DNA of 64,000 nt from a bacterium (GTDB lineage Bacteria > Bacteroidota > Ignavibacteria > Kapaibacteriales > UBA2268), in assembly GCA_030431515.1 (NCBI GenBank), contig JAUIIX010000001.1:133366-197365 (forward strand), read 5' to 3'. The notes under the pieces are model-generated. The model ran no database searches, was not told where the DNA came from, and was given only the letters and a program-made list of their open reading frames with translations. Numbering within the stretch: position 1 is the stretch's first letter; every line of letters begins with the position of its first letter. Below, piece by piece: positions 1 through 7,985 of the stretch. A program made the position numbers and the translations under genes.

Positions 1-467
1 GAAAATGGTGCTTTATATTGCCAAGGGAGAGTTCTCTCGAATGGTAGCCCTCCAACATAGCATTTATATTCTTCTATTTCGGAGAAAGTGCTTTGATGAC
101 CTAAAAACATATTGCATAAGCCAGGTGCAACCCCACAATCAACAATTAATTGGGTATTATGTTTGGTAGCGAGTTCATTAAGTAAGGAGGCATTTTCTGG
201 GAAGAAGGAAATATCAACAATTTTTTTACCAAGAGGAATTATTCGTTCAAGGGCTTTAAATGCAATTGAACCGGGAACTGCTAATACAATGATTTCTGCT
301 TTATTTAATATTGCAATGTCATCTTCTAAGATGTTGAATTTAATATATCTAATTCCGTCAACTTGATTATTAATGTTCAAGTCAAATACTGAAACATCGT
401 GATTCTCATTCAAGTCTTTGGCAATTACATTACCAACTAAACCATTTCCAATAACATATATTTTCAT
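1..467 (-). CDS. Saccharopine dehydrogenase-family NAD(P)-binding protein (N-terminal part; gene runs off window start)
   Basis: Absent from ORF track (no stop in window). Reverse complement from ATG at 467..465 reads MKIYVIGNGLVGNVIAKDLNENHDVSVFDL...LAVPGSIAFKALERIIPLGKKIVDISFFPE...VDCGVAPGL...YVGGLPFERTLPWQYKAPFS. It has a GxGxxG Rossmann start and motifs typical of the Sacchrp_dh family. Confidence 0.6.
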   Translation of the reverse strand, partial: MKIYVIGNGLVGNVIAKDLNENHDVSVFDLNINNQVDGIRYIKFNILEDDIAILNKAEIIVLAVPGSIAFKALERIIPLGKKIVDISFFPENASLLNELATKHNTQLIVDCGVAPGLCNMFLGHQSTFSEIEEYKCYVGGLPFERTLPWQYKAPF

Positions 468-632
468 TTTACTTCCTTTTTAAAATAATTTTAATTCAAT
501 TACGTTTGATGTTAATGTTTTATTATAAATATTTTCAATTTTTTTCAAATTTAATTTTGAAAATTAAAGAAAGTCTGTTAATTTAGAGCATATTTTTAGA
601 ATAAATTACAAATTAAATAAAAGATAAAATAA

Positions 633-1106
633 ATGTCAGATAAACCATACATATTAGTAGTTGATGATAACAAAATCACAACGAAGTTATTAAGAAGATA
701 TTTGGAAGCAAACGGATTTGAAGCAAGTGAAGCTTATGATGGAATTGATTGTTTAGAAAAGTTAAAAGAAAGAAAGCCAAATGCTGTGGTTTTAGATGTA
801 ATGATGCCGAGAATGGATGGATATGAAACAGTTAAAAATATAAAAGATAATCCTGAAACTAAAGATATTCCTGTAGTAATTGTAACTGCTCTGAACGATG
901 TAGCTAACCAATTGAAATCAATCGAAGCTGGGAGCGATGACTTTTTAAGTAAGCCAATTGAAGAAAAATTACTTGTTGCTAAAGTTAATTTATTGTCAAC
1001 TTGGAATATAAGCCAAACGAAAGCAAATAAATTAGAAGAGATTTTAACAAAGGTAATCTCAGAAACTAATTATGGTAAATCTGTTGAAGAGTTGATGAAT
1101 GCATAA
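633..1106 (+). CDS. Stand-alone response regulator receiver protein (CheY-like REC domain)
   Basis: ILVVDDN...VVLDVMMPRMDGYE...PVVIVTA...GSDDFLSKP: acidic pocket, phospho-acceptor Asp and conserved T/K positions of REC domains. No output domain and no adjacent kinase. Confidence 0.85.
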   Translation: MSDKPYILVVDDNKITTKLLRRYLEANGFEASEAYDGIDCLEKLKERKPNAVVLDVMMPRMDGYETVKNIKDNPETKDIPVVIVTALNDVANQLKSIEAGSDDFLSKPIEEKLLVAKVNLLSTWNISQTKANKLEEILTKVISETNYGKSVEELMNA

Positions 1107-1716
1107 AAATATATTTAAATATTCTTTAGTCTTTGTATTATTTCTATCATTAGCATCTTGTGCTCAGATTGGAGATATTACAAAAGCATTGATGGATTTG
1201 AAGAATCTTGATTTTCGATTGTCTGGAATTGAGCAAGTTCGTCTTGGTGGAGTTTCTTTTACTAAAGACATGAAAGTTGATGACTTATCTATAATGGATA
1301 TAGCTAAATTAACAAGTGCTGTTTCTAAAAATAGTATTCCTATCGACTTTATTTTAAACCTGGAAGCAAGAAACCCAAATGAAGATAAAGGTAAGAAATA
1401 TAAAACTACTGCAACTTTAGAAAGTTTTGATTTTGATGTGTTCTTAGATAATTCTAAAGCTTTTACTGGTGGCTTGGCTGCTCCTGTGAAAATAGAAAGT
1501 AATGGTGGAACTAAAGTTATTCCGTTGAAAATATCATTTGACTTGACAAAAGTAGTTAATGATAAGCAATATACTAAATTTGCAAATATAGCTATGAATT
1601 TAGCTGGATTTGATACCCAAAAAACGAAAATAAAAGTTGAAGCAAACCCTGTTGTTAGTACTGCTATCGGTAAATTGAAACCTGGTAGAATTAATATAAC
1701 TGAAACAGAGTATTGA
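1099..1716 (+). CDS. Lipoprotein, possibly LEA_2/WHy-like
   Basis: Lipobox-like LSLASC after a hydrophobic N-terminus. LNLEARNPNED and following beta-rich pattern resemble bacterial LEA type-2 lipoproteins. 8-nt overlap with the upstream REC gene. Confidence 0.45.
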   Translation: MHKNIFKYSLVFVLFLSLASCAQIGDITKALMDLKNLDFRLSGIEQVRLGGVSFTKDMKVDDLSIMDIAKLTSAVSKNSIPIDFILNLEARNPNEDKGKKYKTTATLESFDFDVFLDNSKAFTGGLAAPVKIESNGGTKVIPLKISFDLTKVVNDKQYTKFANIAMNLAGFDTQKTKIKVEANPVVSTAIGKLKPGRINITETEY

Positions 1717-1751
1717 TTATGTTAAACATATTGGATTTAATTAAAAAATAA

Positions 1752-2765
1752 ATGGAAAGTGATAGTTATTATTCGATTTTATTAATATTAATTGGCTCCT
1801 TCGTTTCGACTTTATCCGCATCTGTGTCTTATATGACGCAACAAAGTCTCAATGATGAAATTAAACTCAATTCTGAAAAAGTAAATTTACTCAATAAAGT
1901 AAGAGACCGCTATGAAGAAACTATTAATGGTTTATTTATAGTAGAGTTTCTTTTTTATTTATGTGCTTTTTTCTTTATTTTTTCAAATATTAATATTGCA
2001 AACTTTGAAAGTTTATTTTTATTAATTGCTACAATTGCAATAATAATTTTACTTAGAATTAACTTTTATGCTTTGGGTATTAGGTTTGCAGATAAAATTG
2101 CACTTGCTAATGCAACTCTGATAAGTATGCTTAGTGCAATGACTTACTTTATACCAAAAACTGCTCTTTTAATAAATGATTTATTAGGTGGGAAAGATAC
2201 TCCTGAAGAAGCTAAAGAAGAGATCAATGCAGTTGTTCAGTCTGCGAGAGATGATGGTTCTATCGATGAAGATGAGTATCGTTTGCTTAAGCGAGTGATT
2301 GAGTATAGTAAGTTCCCAGTTAGTCAGAAGTTTACGCCAAGGACAAAAGTATTTTCTTTAAAAGCAGATATGACTGTATCTGATGTGAAAGATTTGGCTG
2401 AGTTGAAGCAGTTTTCTCGTATTCCTATTTGGGATGGTGAGAATATTGATGTTGGTTTGAAAGGATATGTTTTATCTCGTGATGTGCTTTATGCTGCATT
2501 GCAAGGTGATAATGATAAGGAACTTATTGATTTATCTAAGAAAATATATGTAGTTCCAAATGATGAAACTATGGATGAAGTATTAGAGAAGTTCTTGAAA
2601 AACAAACAGCATCTATTTGCAGTAGTTGATGATTATGGTGGATTTGATGGAATTGTAAGTTTGGAAGATGTGATGGAGTTTATATTAGATACTAATATAT
2701 ATGACGAAGCAGATTTGGATAAGGATTGGCTGCAAGAAGCTAAGAAAAGAAAATCTAATAGATAA
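1752..2765 (+). CDS. DUF21 + CBS-pair membrane protein (CNNM / HlyC-CorC family-like)
   Basis: Hydrophobic N-terminal half, then EDEYRLLKRVIEYSKFPVSQKFTPRTKVFSL and a second CBS-like segment (LFAVVDDYGGFDGIVSLEDVMEFIL), typical of CorC/TlyC-type proteins. Confidence 0.7.
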   Translation: MESDSYYSILLILIGSFVSTLSASVSYMTQQSLNDEIKLNSEKVNLLNKVRDRYEETINGLFIVEFLFYLCAFFFIFSNINIANFESLFLLIATIAIIILLRINFYALGIRFADKIALANATLISMLSAMTYFIPKTALLINDLLGGKDTPEEAKEEINAVVQSARDDGSIDEDEYRLLKRVIEYSKFPVSQKFTPRTKVFSLKADMTVSDVKDLAELKQFSRIPIWDGENIDVGLKGYVLSRDVLYAALQGDNDKELIDLSKKIYVVPNDETMDEVLEKFLKNKQHLFAVVDDYGGFDGIVSLEDVMEFILDTNIYDEADLDKDWLQEAKKRKSNR

Positions 2766-2790
2766 GATTAAAATAATTTGAAAAGTAAAA

Positions 2791-2817
2791 AGACCTTATT
2801 CATAAGGTCTTTTTTTT
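2791..2817 (+). terminator. Rho-independent terminator after the CBS gene
   Basis: AGACCTTAT-TC-ATAAGGTCT perfect inverted repeat followed by a T7 run, 26 nt after the stop codon. Confidence 0.7.
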
Positions 2818-3104
2818 GCTAATAGTTGAATTTACTTTAAAATTTTAAAAGTTGCTTGATTAGAAAAAATAAATACACACCATTTGGTTGAATAGAAAAA
2901 ACAATTTCTGATATATTATTATAATAATTTGTATTACAATGTACTATTTCACCTAAAGTATTGTAGATTTTAAGATCGTCTAATTGTTGATTTACAAGAA
3001 ATATATTATCAATTATTTTTAGTATTTTATTTTTTATATAAAATATTTTATATAAGTTTGTAATAGTATGAATTTAAATTTTTTAAAGTTAGTTTATATA
3101 AACG

Positions 3105-4184
3105 ATGAACTTATTAGTAAAACATATCAATTTACATGATTTTAAAATAAATAAAGTTATTTTAACCTTAATTATTTTTGTTTTTGTTTCTTGTTCAACC
3201 ATAAAACAACAAGAAATTGTTCAATTAGACAACCCGATTTATAACAAAGCATTTCAGAAACTTGTTGCAATGAATAGGGATGAAATACCATTTAATTTTA
3301 AAGATGCAGTATTTTCTATTGAAAAGGCATTTCATGACGATACCTTAAATTTGAATTACTATAATAATAAACTTGATTCTATAGTAGATATTATGAATAA
3401 GTTTATTAAAATCAATGGTTATGATACTCTTAAAACTGGTGCAAACTTTGCAGCATACCATTGGATGACTCAAAAATCCCCTATGAACAAGAATACAGTA
3501 TGCTCTTATGATTTTGAAGACTTTTTTGGGGATTCATCTTATTCAAGTATGTTCGTTTCAAAACTCTTAGACACTAAAACTGGAAATTGTGTTTCACTAC
3601 CTTATTTATATAAAATTATAACAGAAGAACTTGGTGGCGAAGCTTTTATTGCTCGTGCACCTCAGCATGTTTATATCAAACATAAAACTGAAGATGGAAG
3701 TTGGACTAATGTTGAACTTACAAATGGTGGTGATTTTCCAAGAGATGTTTGGATTAGAGCAAATACTCCAATAACAGATTTATCAATTGAAAAAGGGTTA
3801 TATATGAAACCTTTAAATGATAAGGAATCTCTTGCTCAAATTATTGCTAGTCTTGGTAATTCTTACAGTAGAAAGTATGGAAAGAATTTAGATGTTTTAA
3901 AAATTGTTAATTATGCATTAAATATTGATTCTCTTTGTATTACTGCATTACTTTTAAAAATGAATTATTATAATGATCAATGTATAGAGCTAGAAAAAAC
4001 TATGTATATAAAGCCAAATAATAATGAAATATTGGATTCAATAAATAAGATTTGGTTAAGTCTTGATACTACTCTTTCAGATTATGGTTATATTAAAACT
4101 GATGATAGTTATTATAGAGATTTTATTGAAAAGAATCACCCAGAAGCTAAAAAAAAATTAAGAGAGATTAAATATGTTGAATAA
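3105..4184 (+). CDS. Transglutaminase-like (SirB1/YchA-like cysteine protease fold) lipoprotein
   Basis: N-terminal anchor with VFVSCST lipobox-like site. TGNCVSLPYLYKIITEELGGEAFIARAPQHVYIKHKTEDGSWTNVELTNG matches the G-x-C...P-x-H...polar residue arrangement of transglutaminase-like superfamily proteins. 3-prime end overlaps the next gene by 11 nt. Confidence 0.5.
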   Translation: MNLLVKHINLHDFKINKVILTLIIFVFVSCSTIKQQEIVQLDNPIYNKAFQKLVAMNRDEIPFNFKDAVFSIEKAFHDDTLNLNYYNNKLDSIVDIMNKFIKINGYDTLKTGANFAAYHWMTQKSPMNKNTVCSYDFEDFFGDSSYSSMFVSKLLDTKTGNCVSLPYLYKIITEELGGEAFIARAPQHVYIKHKTEDGSWTNVELTNGGDFPRDVWIRANTPITDLSIEKGLYMKPLNDKESLAQIIASLGNSYSRKYGKNLDVLKIVNYALNIDSLCITALLLKMNYYNDQCIELEKTMYIKPNNNEILDSINKIWLSLDTTLSDYGYIKTDDSYYRDFIEKNHPEAKKKLREIKYVE

Positions 4185-4577
4185 AATATGTTTTTTATTA
4201 TTCCTAATAGGAAGTTTCGCAAATGCTCAAAATCCTTACGAGCAGTTTGGATTTGATAATACAGAATTAGAAACTGAAATAGAAAAACTGAAAAATAATA
4301 ATTTCATTTTAGTTAATACAGATACAACTTCAAATATATCTGCCTTAAAATTTGATTTTAATGTTGGTAAAGTTATTATTGTTTATAATAATGGAGTTAC
4401 AGAAGAAAAGCTAATTCCAAAAGAGATGGTTCTTAGGTGGCTAAGTGTTGACCCAAAAGCTGACCAGTTTCCACATCAAAGCCCTTATAATTCTATGTCA
4501 AATAATCCTATTAATCGAATTGATCCTGACGGACAAGCTGACTATTATGCAAAAGATGGTAATCATATAGGGAATGA
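4166..4577 (+). repeat. Direct repeat copy A (5-prime module of toxin-like gene 1)
   Basis: Aligns without indels at constant offset 2113 bp to 6279..6690, with scattered substitutions. The match starts 8 nt upstream of both ATGs and ends just after codon 131. Confidence 0.9.
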
Positions 4578-5265
4578 TGGTATAATTGATAACAAAACAA
4601 TGTTAGGAAACCAATCTGATTTTACAGTTCAAGATGGTATGATTACTTCTATGTCAGTGAATGCAAAAATTACTGATTTAAATATAGATCATGATGTTTT
4701 TTTAGGATTAGCAGCAGCTATTAATAAAGAAACTGGAGCTAATAAATCCAAGAATGAAGCAATGGCTATTGGAAATTCTATATTTAATATTGCTAATCAA
4801 GGTGCAGGAAAGTTGAAAACATTGGAAGATTTAGTTATGTTTGATAATACCGTAGTTCAAGGTGCAACTAAATCTAACTATAATGAATTTATAAACTCTA
4901 ATAATAAGACACAGAATTCAAAAAATGCATTAACTTCTGCTGTAAATGCTGTTGGCTTTAATAACGGTTTGTCTGGATTTAAAGATTACTCAAATGGAGC
5001 AGATGGTTGGGATGGGAAAGATTTAATTTTATTAAAACATACAAATAATCATCGCTCATATATATGGACAGAAGATTCAAAAAGTTTAATTGAAAATTAT
5101 ACTAAAATGTATAAAGGTGATGTCCCAATCAGCACATATACCTTCAAAAATAAAGGTGCTCAAATTGAAGCCACTAAAATAATTGGTGAAACTTTATTTC
5201 AAAATATTTTAACACCTTTAGGCGGCGATTTTGACAGAAAAAATAAATTAAGATTTGTTCCATGA
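4174..5265 (+). CDS. Secreted polymorphic-toxin-like protein 1 (signal peptide + RHS-core-tip motif + variable C-terminal domain)
   Basis: Signal peptide MLNKICFLLFLIGSFANA/QNP. RWLSVDPKADQFPHQSPYNSMSNNPINRIDPDGQ resembles the terminal segment of the RHS repeat-associated core. The C-terminal ~230 aa is unrelated in detail to its paralog. Confidence 0.6.
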   Translation: MLNKICFLLFLIGSFANAQNPYEQFGFDNTELETEIEKLKNNNFILVNTDTTSNISALKFDFNVGKVIIVYNNGVTEEKLIPKEMVLRWLSVDPKADQFPHQSPYNSMSNNPINRIDPDGQADYYAKDGNHIGNDGIIDNKTMLGNQSDFTVQDGMITSMSVNAKITDLNIDHDVFLGLAAAINKETGANKSKNEAMAIGNSIFNIANQGAGKLKTLEDLVMFDNTVVQGATKSNYNEFINSNNKTQNSKNALTSAVNAVGFNNGLSGFKDYSNGADGWDGKDLILLKHTNNHRSYIWTEDSKSLIENYTKMYKGDVPISTYTFKNKGAQIEATKIIGETLFQNILTPLGGDFDRKNKLRFVP

Positions 5266-5870
5266 TAAAGTTAATAATACTAATAAATTTATTTGTTGCT
5301 TATCTCAATTCACAAGAACATGAAGAAGAAGAGTTACTGAGATTTAAGGAATCAGTATTTACTATATGGAGAAATGATACATTAAACAGTTTAAATAGTT
5401 ATTTTAATGATTCTTTGAAATTTCAAATGAAATCATATACTTTTTATCCTTCTGATAGTTTAAAGAAAATAGATTCAAATTATATTTTTGAATTTGAAAA
5501 AGCTGAGATTACTTATAGTGTTTATGATAATACATTTCTAGATTTAAGATATTACTATACTAAACAAATAGATAAAGATAGTATAGAAAATGAAAAAGGC
5601 AAAATAGGAGTTGTATTGTCAATGATACAAGAAGTTGATGTTTTACCTAATAATTTCATAATTTCATTTTCTGAATATGTCTTGTATTACCCATCTCCAA
5701 CAATAAATCTTAAATATGATTTTGTTACTGAATACAAAGACATAAAAATATCTTCATACTCAAAAGTAAATGAATATATTGAATATGGGTATATTAGAGG
5801 AAGAATAGATAGCAAAAAGATATTTAAATCTGTAAATGCACCATTAAGAATTGAATTAAAAGATGATTAA
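5262..5870 (+). CDS. Hypothetical exported protein; candidate immunity protein for toxin 1
   Basis: ATGA start/stop overlap with the toxin gene. N-terminal signal-like segment MIKLIILINLFVAYLNSQ. Very AT-rich. No recognisable domain. Confidence 0.45.
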   Translation: MIKLIILINLFVAYLNSQEHEEEELLRFKESVFTIWRNDTLNSLNSYFNDSLKFQMKSYTFYPSDSLKKIDSNYIFEFEKAEITYSVYDNTFLDLRYYYTKQIDKDSIENEKGKIGVVLSMIQEVDVLPNNFIISFSEYVLYYPSPTINLKYDFVTEYKDIKISSYSKVNEYIEYGYIRGRIDSKKIFKSVNAPLRIELKDD

Positions 5871-6262
5871 TGAAAAAGAAAATCATATACATATTCTTAA
5901 TATTTCTACTAATTATTACAATTCTTTATCAATTTGATAATATTATAGAATCCTTCAAACCCAATAGAGTATTATCTGCATATAATAACGAAGGTTTAGG
6001 TGGTATAAGAATTGTACTTAGAGAGGATAAATCATTTGAATATATATTAATATCATTTTTAGGAACTGAAGAAATTATTAAAGGACAATTTATAATCTAT
6101 GATAGCACTTTAATATTAAATACGAATATTGATATTCTATCAAATACTTATTCAATAAATAAAAACGAAATAAAATTTTTAGATAAGTATAATCATATTA
6201 ATTCATTTAAAGTTTATGAATTGAATGAAAGCTATTTTAATGATATATTATTCGATGAATAA
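5870..6262 (+). CDS. Hypothetical membrane-anchored small protein; second candidate immunity/accessory ORF
   Basis: TAATG overlap with the upstream ORF. N-terminal TM/signal anchor KKIIYIFLIFLLIITILY. No recognisable domain. Confidence 0.4.
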   Translation: MKKKIIYIFLIFLLIITILYQFDNIIESFKPNRVLSAYNNEGLGGIRIVLREDKSFEYILISFLGTEEIIKGQFIIYDSTLILNTNIDILSNTYSINKNEIKFLDKYNHINSFKVYELNESYFNDILFDE

Positions 6263-6278
6263 AAAAAAAATAAATAGG

Positions 6279-6690
6279 GATTAAATATGTTGAATAAAAT
6301 ATTGATTTTATTATTCCTTATAGGAAGTATCGCAAATGCACAAAATCCTTACGAACAGTTTGGATTTGATAATACAGAGTTAGAAACAGAAATGGAAAAA
6401 CTGAAAAGTAATAATTTCATTTTAGTAAATACTGATACAACTTCAAATATTTCTGCTTTAAAATTTGATTTTAATGTTGGTAAAGTTATCATAGTTTATA
6501 ATAATGGATTTGCAGAAGAAAAGCTAATTCCAAAAGAGATGGTTCTTAGGTGGCTAAGTGTTGACCCTAAAGCTGACCAGTTTCCACATCAAAGTCCTTA
6601 TAATTCTATGTCAAATAATCCTATTAATCGAATTGATCCTGACGGGCAAGCTGATTATTATGCAAAAGATGGTAATCATTTGGGTAATGA
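6279..6690 (+). repeat. Direct repeat copy B (5-prime module of toxin-like gene 2)
   Basis: See copy A: same length, constant 2113-bp offset, divergence begins abruptly after ...DPDGQADYYAKDGNH. Confidence 0.9.
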
Positions 6691-7396
6691 CAACGTTGAT
6701 GACAATAGAACCATGTTATCTACAGGAATAAAAAAAGATAAAGATGGGAATATTACTTTTGAGAATCCTATGGATTTGAAAATTAAGCATAATGAATTTG
6801 CAACAATTTCTAATATTATTAAACATGAAGGTGATTCTGAAGACCCAAATGAATATTTATTTTTCTCACATGCTACGAACAATGAAGTAGGAGGTAAATC
6901 ATCAAAAATGTATGATAAACTTATGTCAGGGTTTAGTTCTGTACCTAAAAGTAAAAAAGTACCAATATCAACTTCAAATAATTATAAAAACAATATGGCA
7001 AGATCTGGAGTGATTGATGTTATAAATGGTGGTATAGATCCAACTAATGGAGCAAGAAGATGGGATGGTACAGATTTTTTAGCTTGGGGGTTAAACGCTC
7101 CTAATGGTAAACCACATAATAAATTTAGTGAATACGGTTCAATATTAATTCACGGAGATCATTTCTCAAATTATTATATTGGAAATGTTGCTAAATGGGG
7201 AAACACAGTCAATTATGGATCTAATAAATATCAAATTCCTGCTGATGTATTTATAAATAATATGCAAATTTTAGTTAATGATGTTAATGGTGTAACTGAG
7301 TGTACAATTAAAATAAATAATAATAACAATATAAAAAACAAACTAGAATCTTCAGCGGCTGCTGGTAATACAATATTTTGGAAAGTGGTTAAATGA
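6287..7396 (+). CDS. Secreted polymorphic-toxin-like protein 2 (same N-terminal module, different C-terminal domain)
   Basis: The first 131 aa differ from toxin 1 at about 7 positions (manual alignment). Same RWLSVDP...NNPINRIDPDGQ motif. Distinct C-terminus containing DPTNGARRWDGTDFLAWG. Confidence 0.6.
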   Translation: MLNKILILLFLIGSIANAQNPYEQFGFDNTELETEMEKLKSNNFILVNTDTTSNISALKFDFNVGKVIIVYNNGFAEEKLIPKEMVLRWLSVDPKADQFPHQSPYNSMSNNPINRIDPDGQADYYAKDGNHLGNDNVDDNRTMLSTGIKKDKDGNITFENPMDLKIKHNEFATISNIIKHEGDSEDPNEYLFFSHATNNEVGGKSSKMYDKLMSGFSSVPKSKKVPISTSNNYKNNMARSGVIDVINGGIDPTNGARRWDGTDFLAWGLNAPNGKPHNKFSEYGSILIHGDHFSNYYIGNVAKWGNTVNYGSNKYQIPADVFINNMQILVNDVNGVTECTIKINNNNNIKNKLESSAAAGNTIFWKVVK

Positions 7397-7896
7397 TACT
7401 TTATATAATTATATTTTTAATAATAAACATATCTTATGTACTTACTAATAGTAAGGAAAATATAATTAATGAATTATCTTTTGATATAAATAGAGATTAT
7501 ATAATAGATAAGATTAGTATATTGGAAAATGTTAATAGTAGAGACAGAATATTATTGTTAAGTTTAAGTAATAAGAATTTAAAAGCAGTTAATATTAGAA
7601 ATAAAAAAGCTATTCCAAACTATCAAGAAACATACTTGTCTTGTAACGAATTGTTTATAGATTCCTTAGGTTTTTATTTTACTATTGAATCAGGAAATGG
7701 AAATAATTATATTTCAAGAAAATTCTTTTTTAAATATTACGAAAATGATATTGTTTTATATAAAATTAAAGAGTTTATTATTTACGAGCATCATTTCATT
7801 AATGAAGAAAATACAATCTATTTCCAATTTGAAAATGTTAATGAATACGATTCTAAGTATAGTATTTATAATTTTGATTATAAGAATTTTTGGTAA
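7393..7896 (+). CDS. Hypothetical membrane-anchored protein; candidate immunity protein for toxin 2
   Basis: ATGA overlap with toxin 2. N-terminal hydrophobic anchor MILYIIIFLIINISYVL. Extremely AT-rich. No recognisable domain. Confidence 0.45.
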   Translation: MILYIIIFLIINISYVLTNSKENIINELSFDINRDYIIDKISILENVNSRDRILLLSLSNKNLKAVNIRNKKAIPNYQETYLSCNELFIDSLGFYFTIESGNGNNYISRKFFFKYYENDIVLYKIKEFIIYEHHFINEENTIYFQFENVNEYDSKYSIYNFDYKNFW

Positions 7897-7985
7897 ATTT
7901 AATAAACAAATAAAATAATTTCTGCTATAATAAGAAGCAAATTTTATTTTTAAAAAATATATTTTTTTTTCAACATATTTTATTT

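Noticed and set aside
112-366. 84-aa plus-strand ORF in the track
   Set aside because: Lies antisense inside the well-supported minus-strand saccharopine-dehydrogenase-like gene (1..467). No motif; a shadow ORF.
6676-6882. 68-aa minus-strand ORF inside toxin gene 2, considered as antisense antitoxin
   Set aside because: No promoter or ribosome-binding signals and no motif. The plus-strand frame is supported by the paralog alignment up to 6690 and by a continuous ORF.
7685-7918. 77-aa ORF overlapping the 3-prime end of 7393..7896 in another frame
   Set aside because: The longer frame starts with an ATGA coupling to the toxin gene and has an N-terminal anchor. The alternative frame is likely an AT-rich chance ORF.
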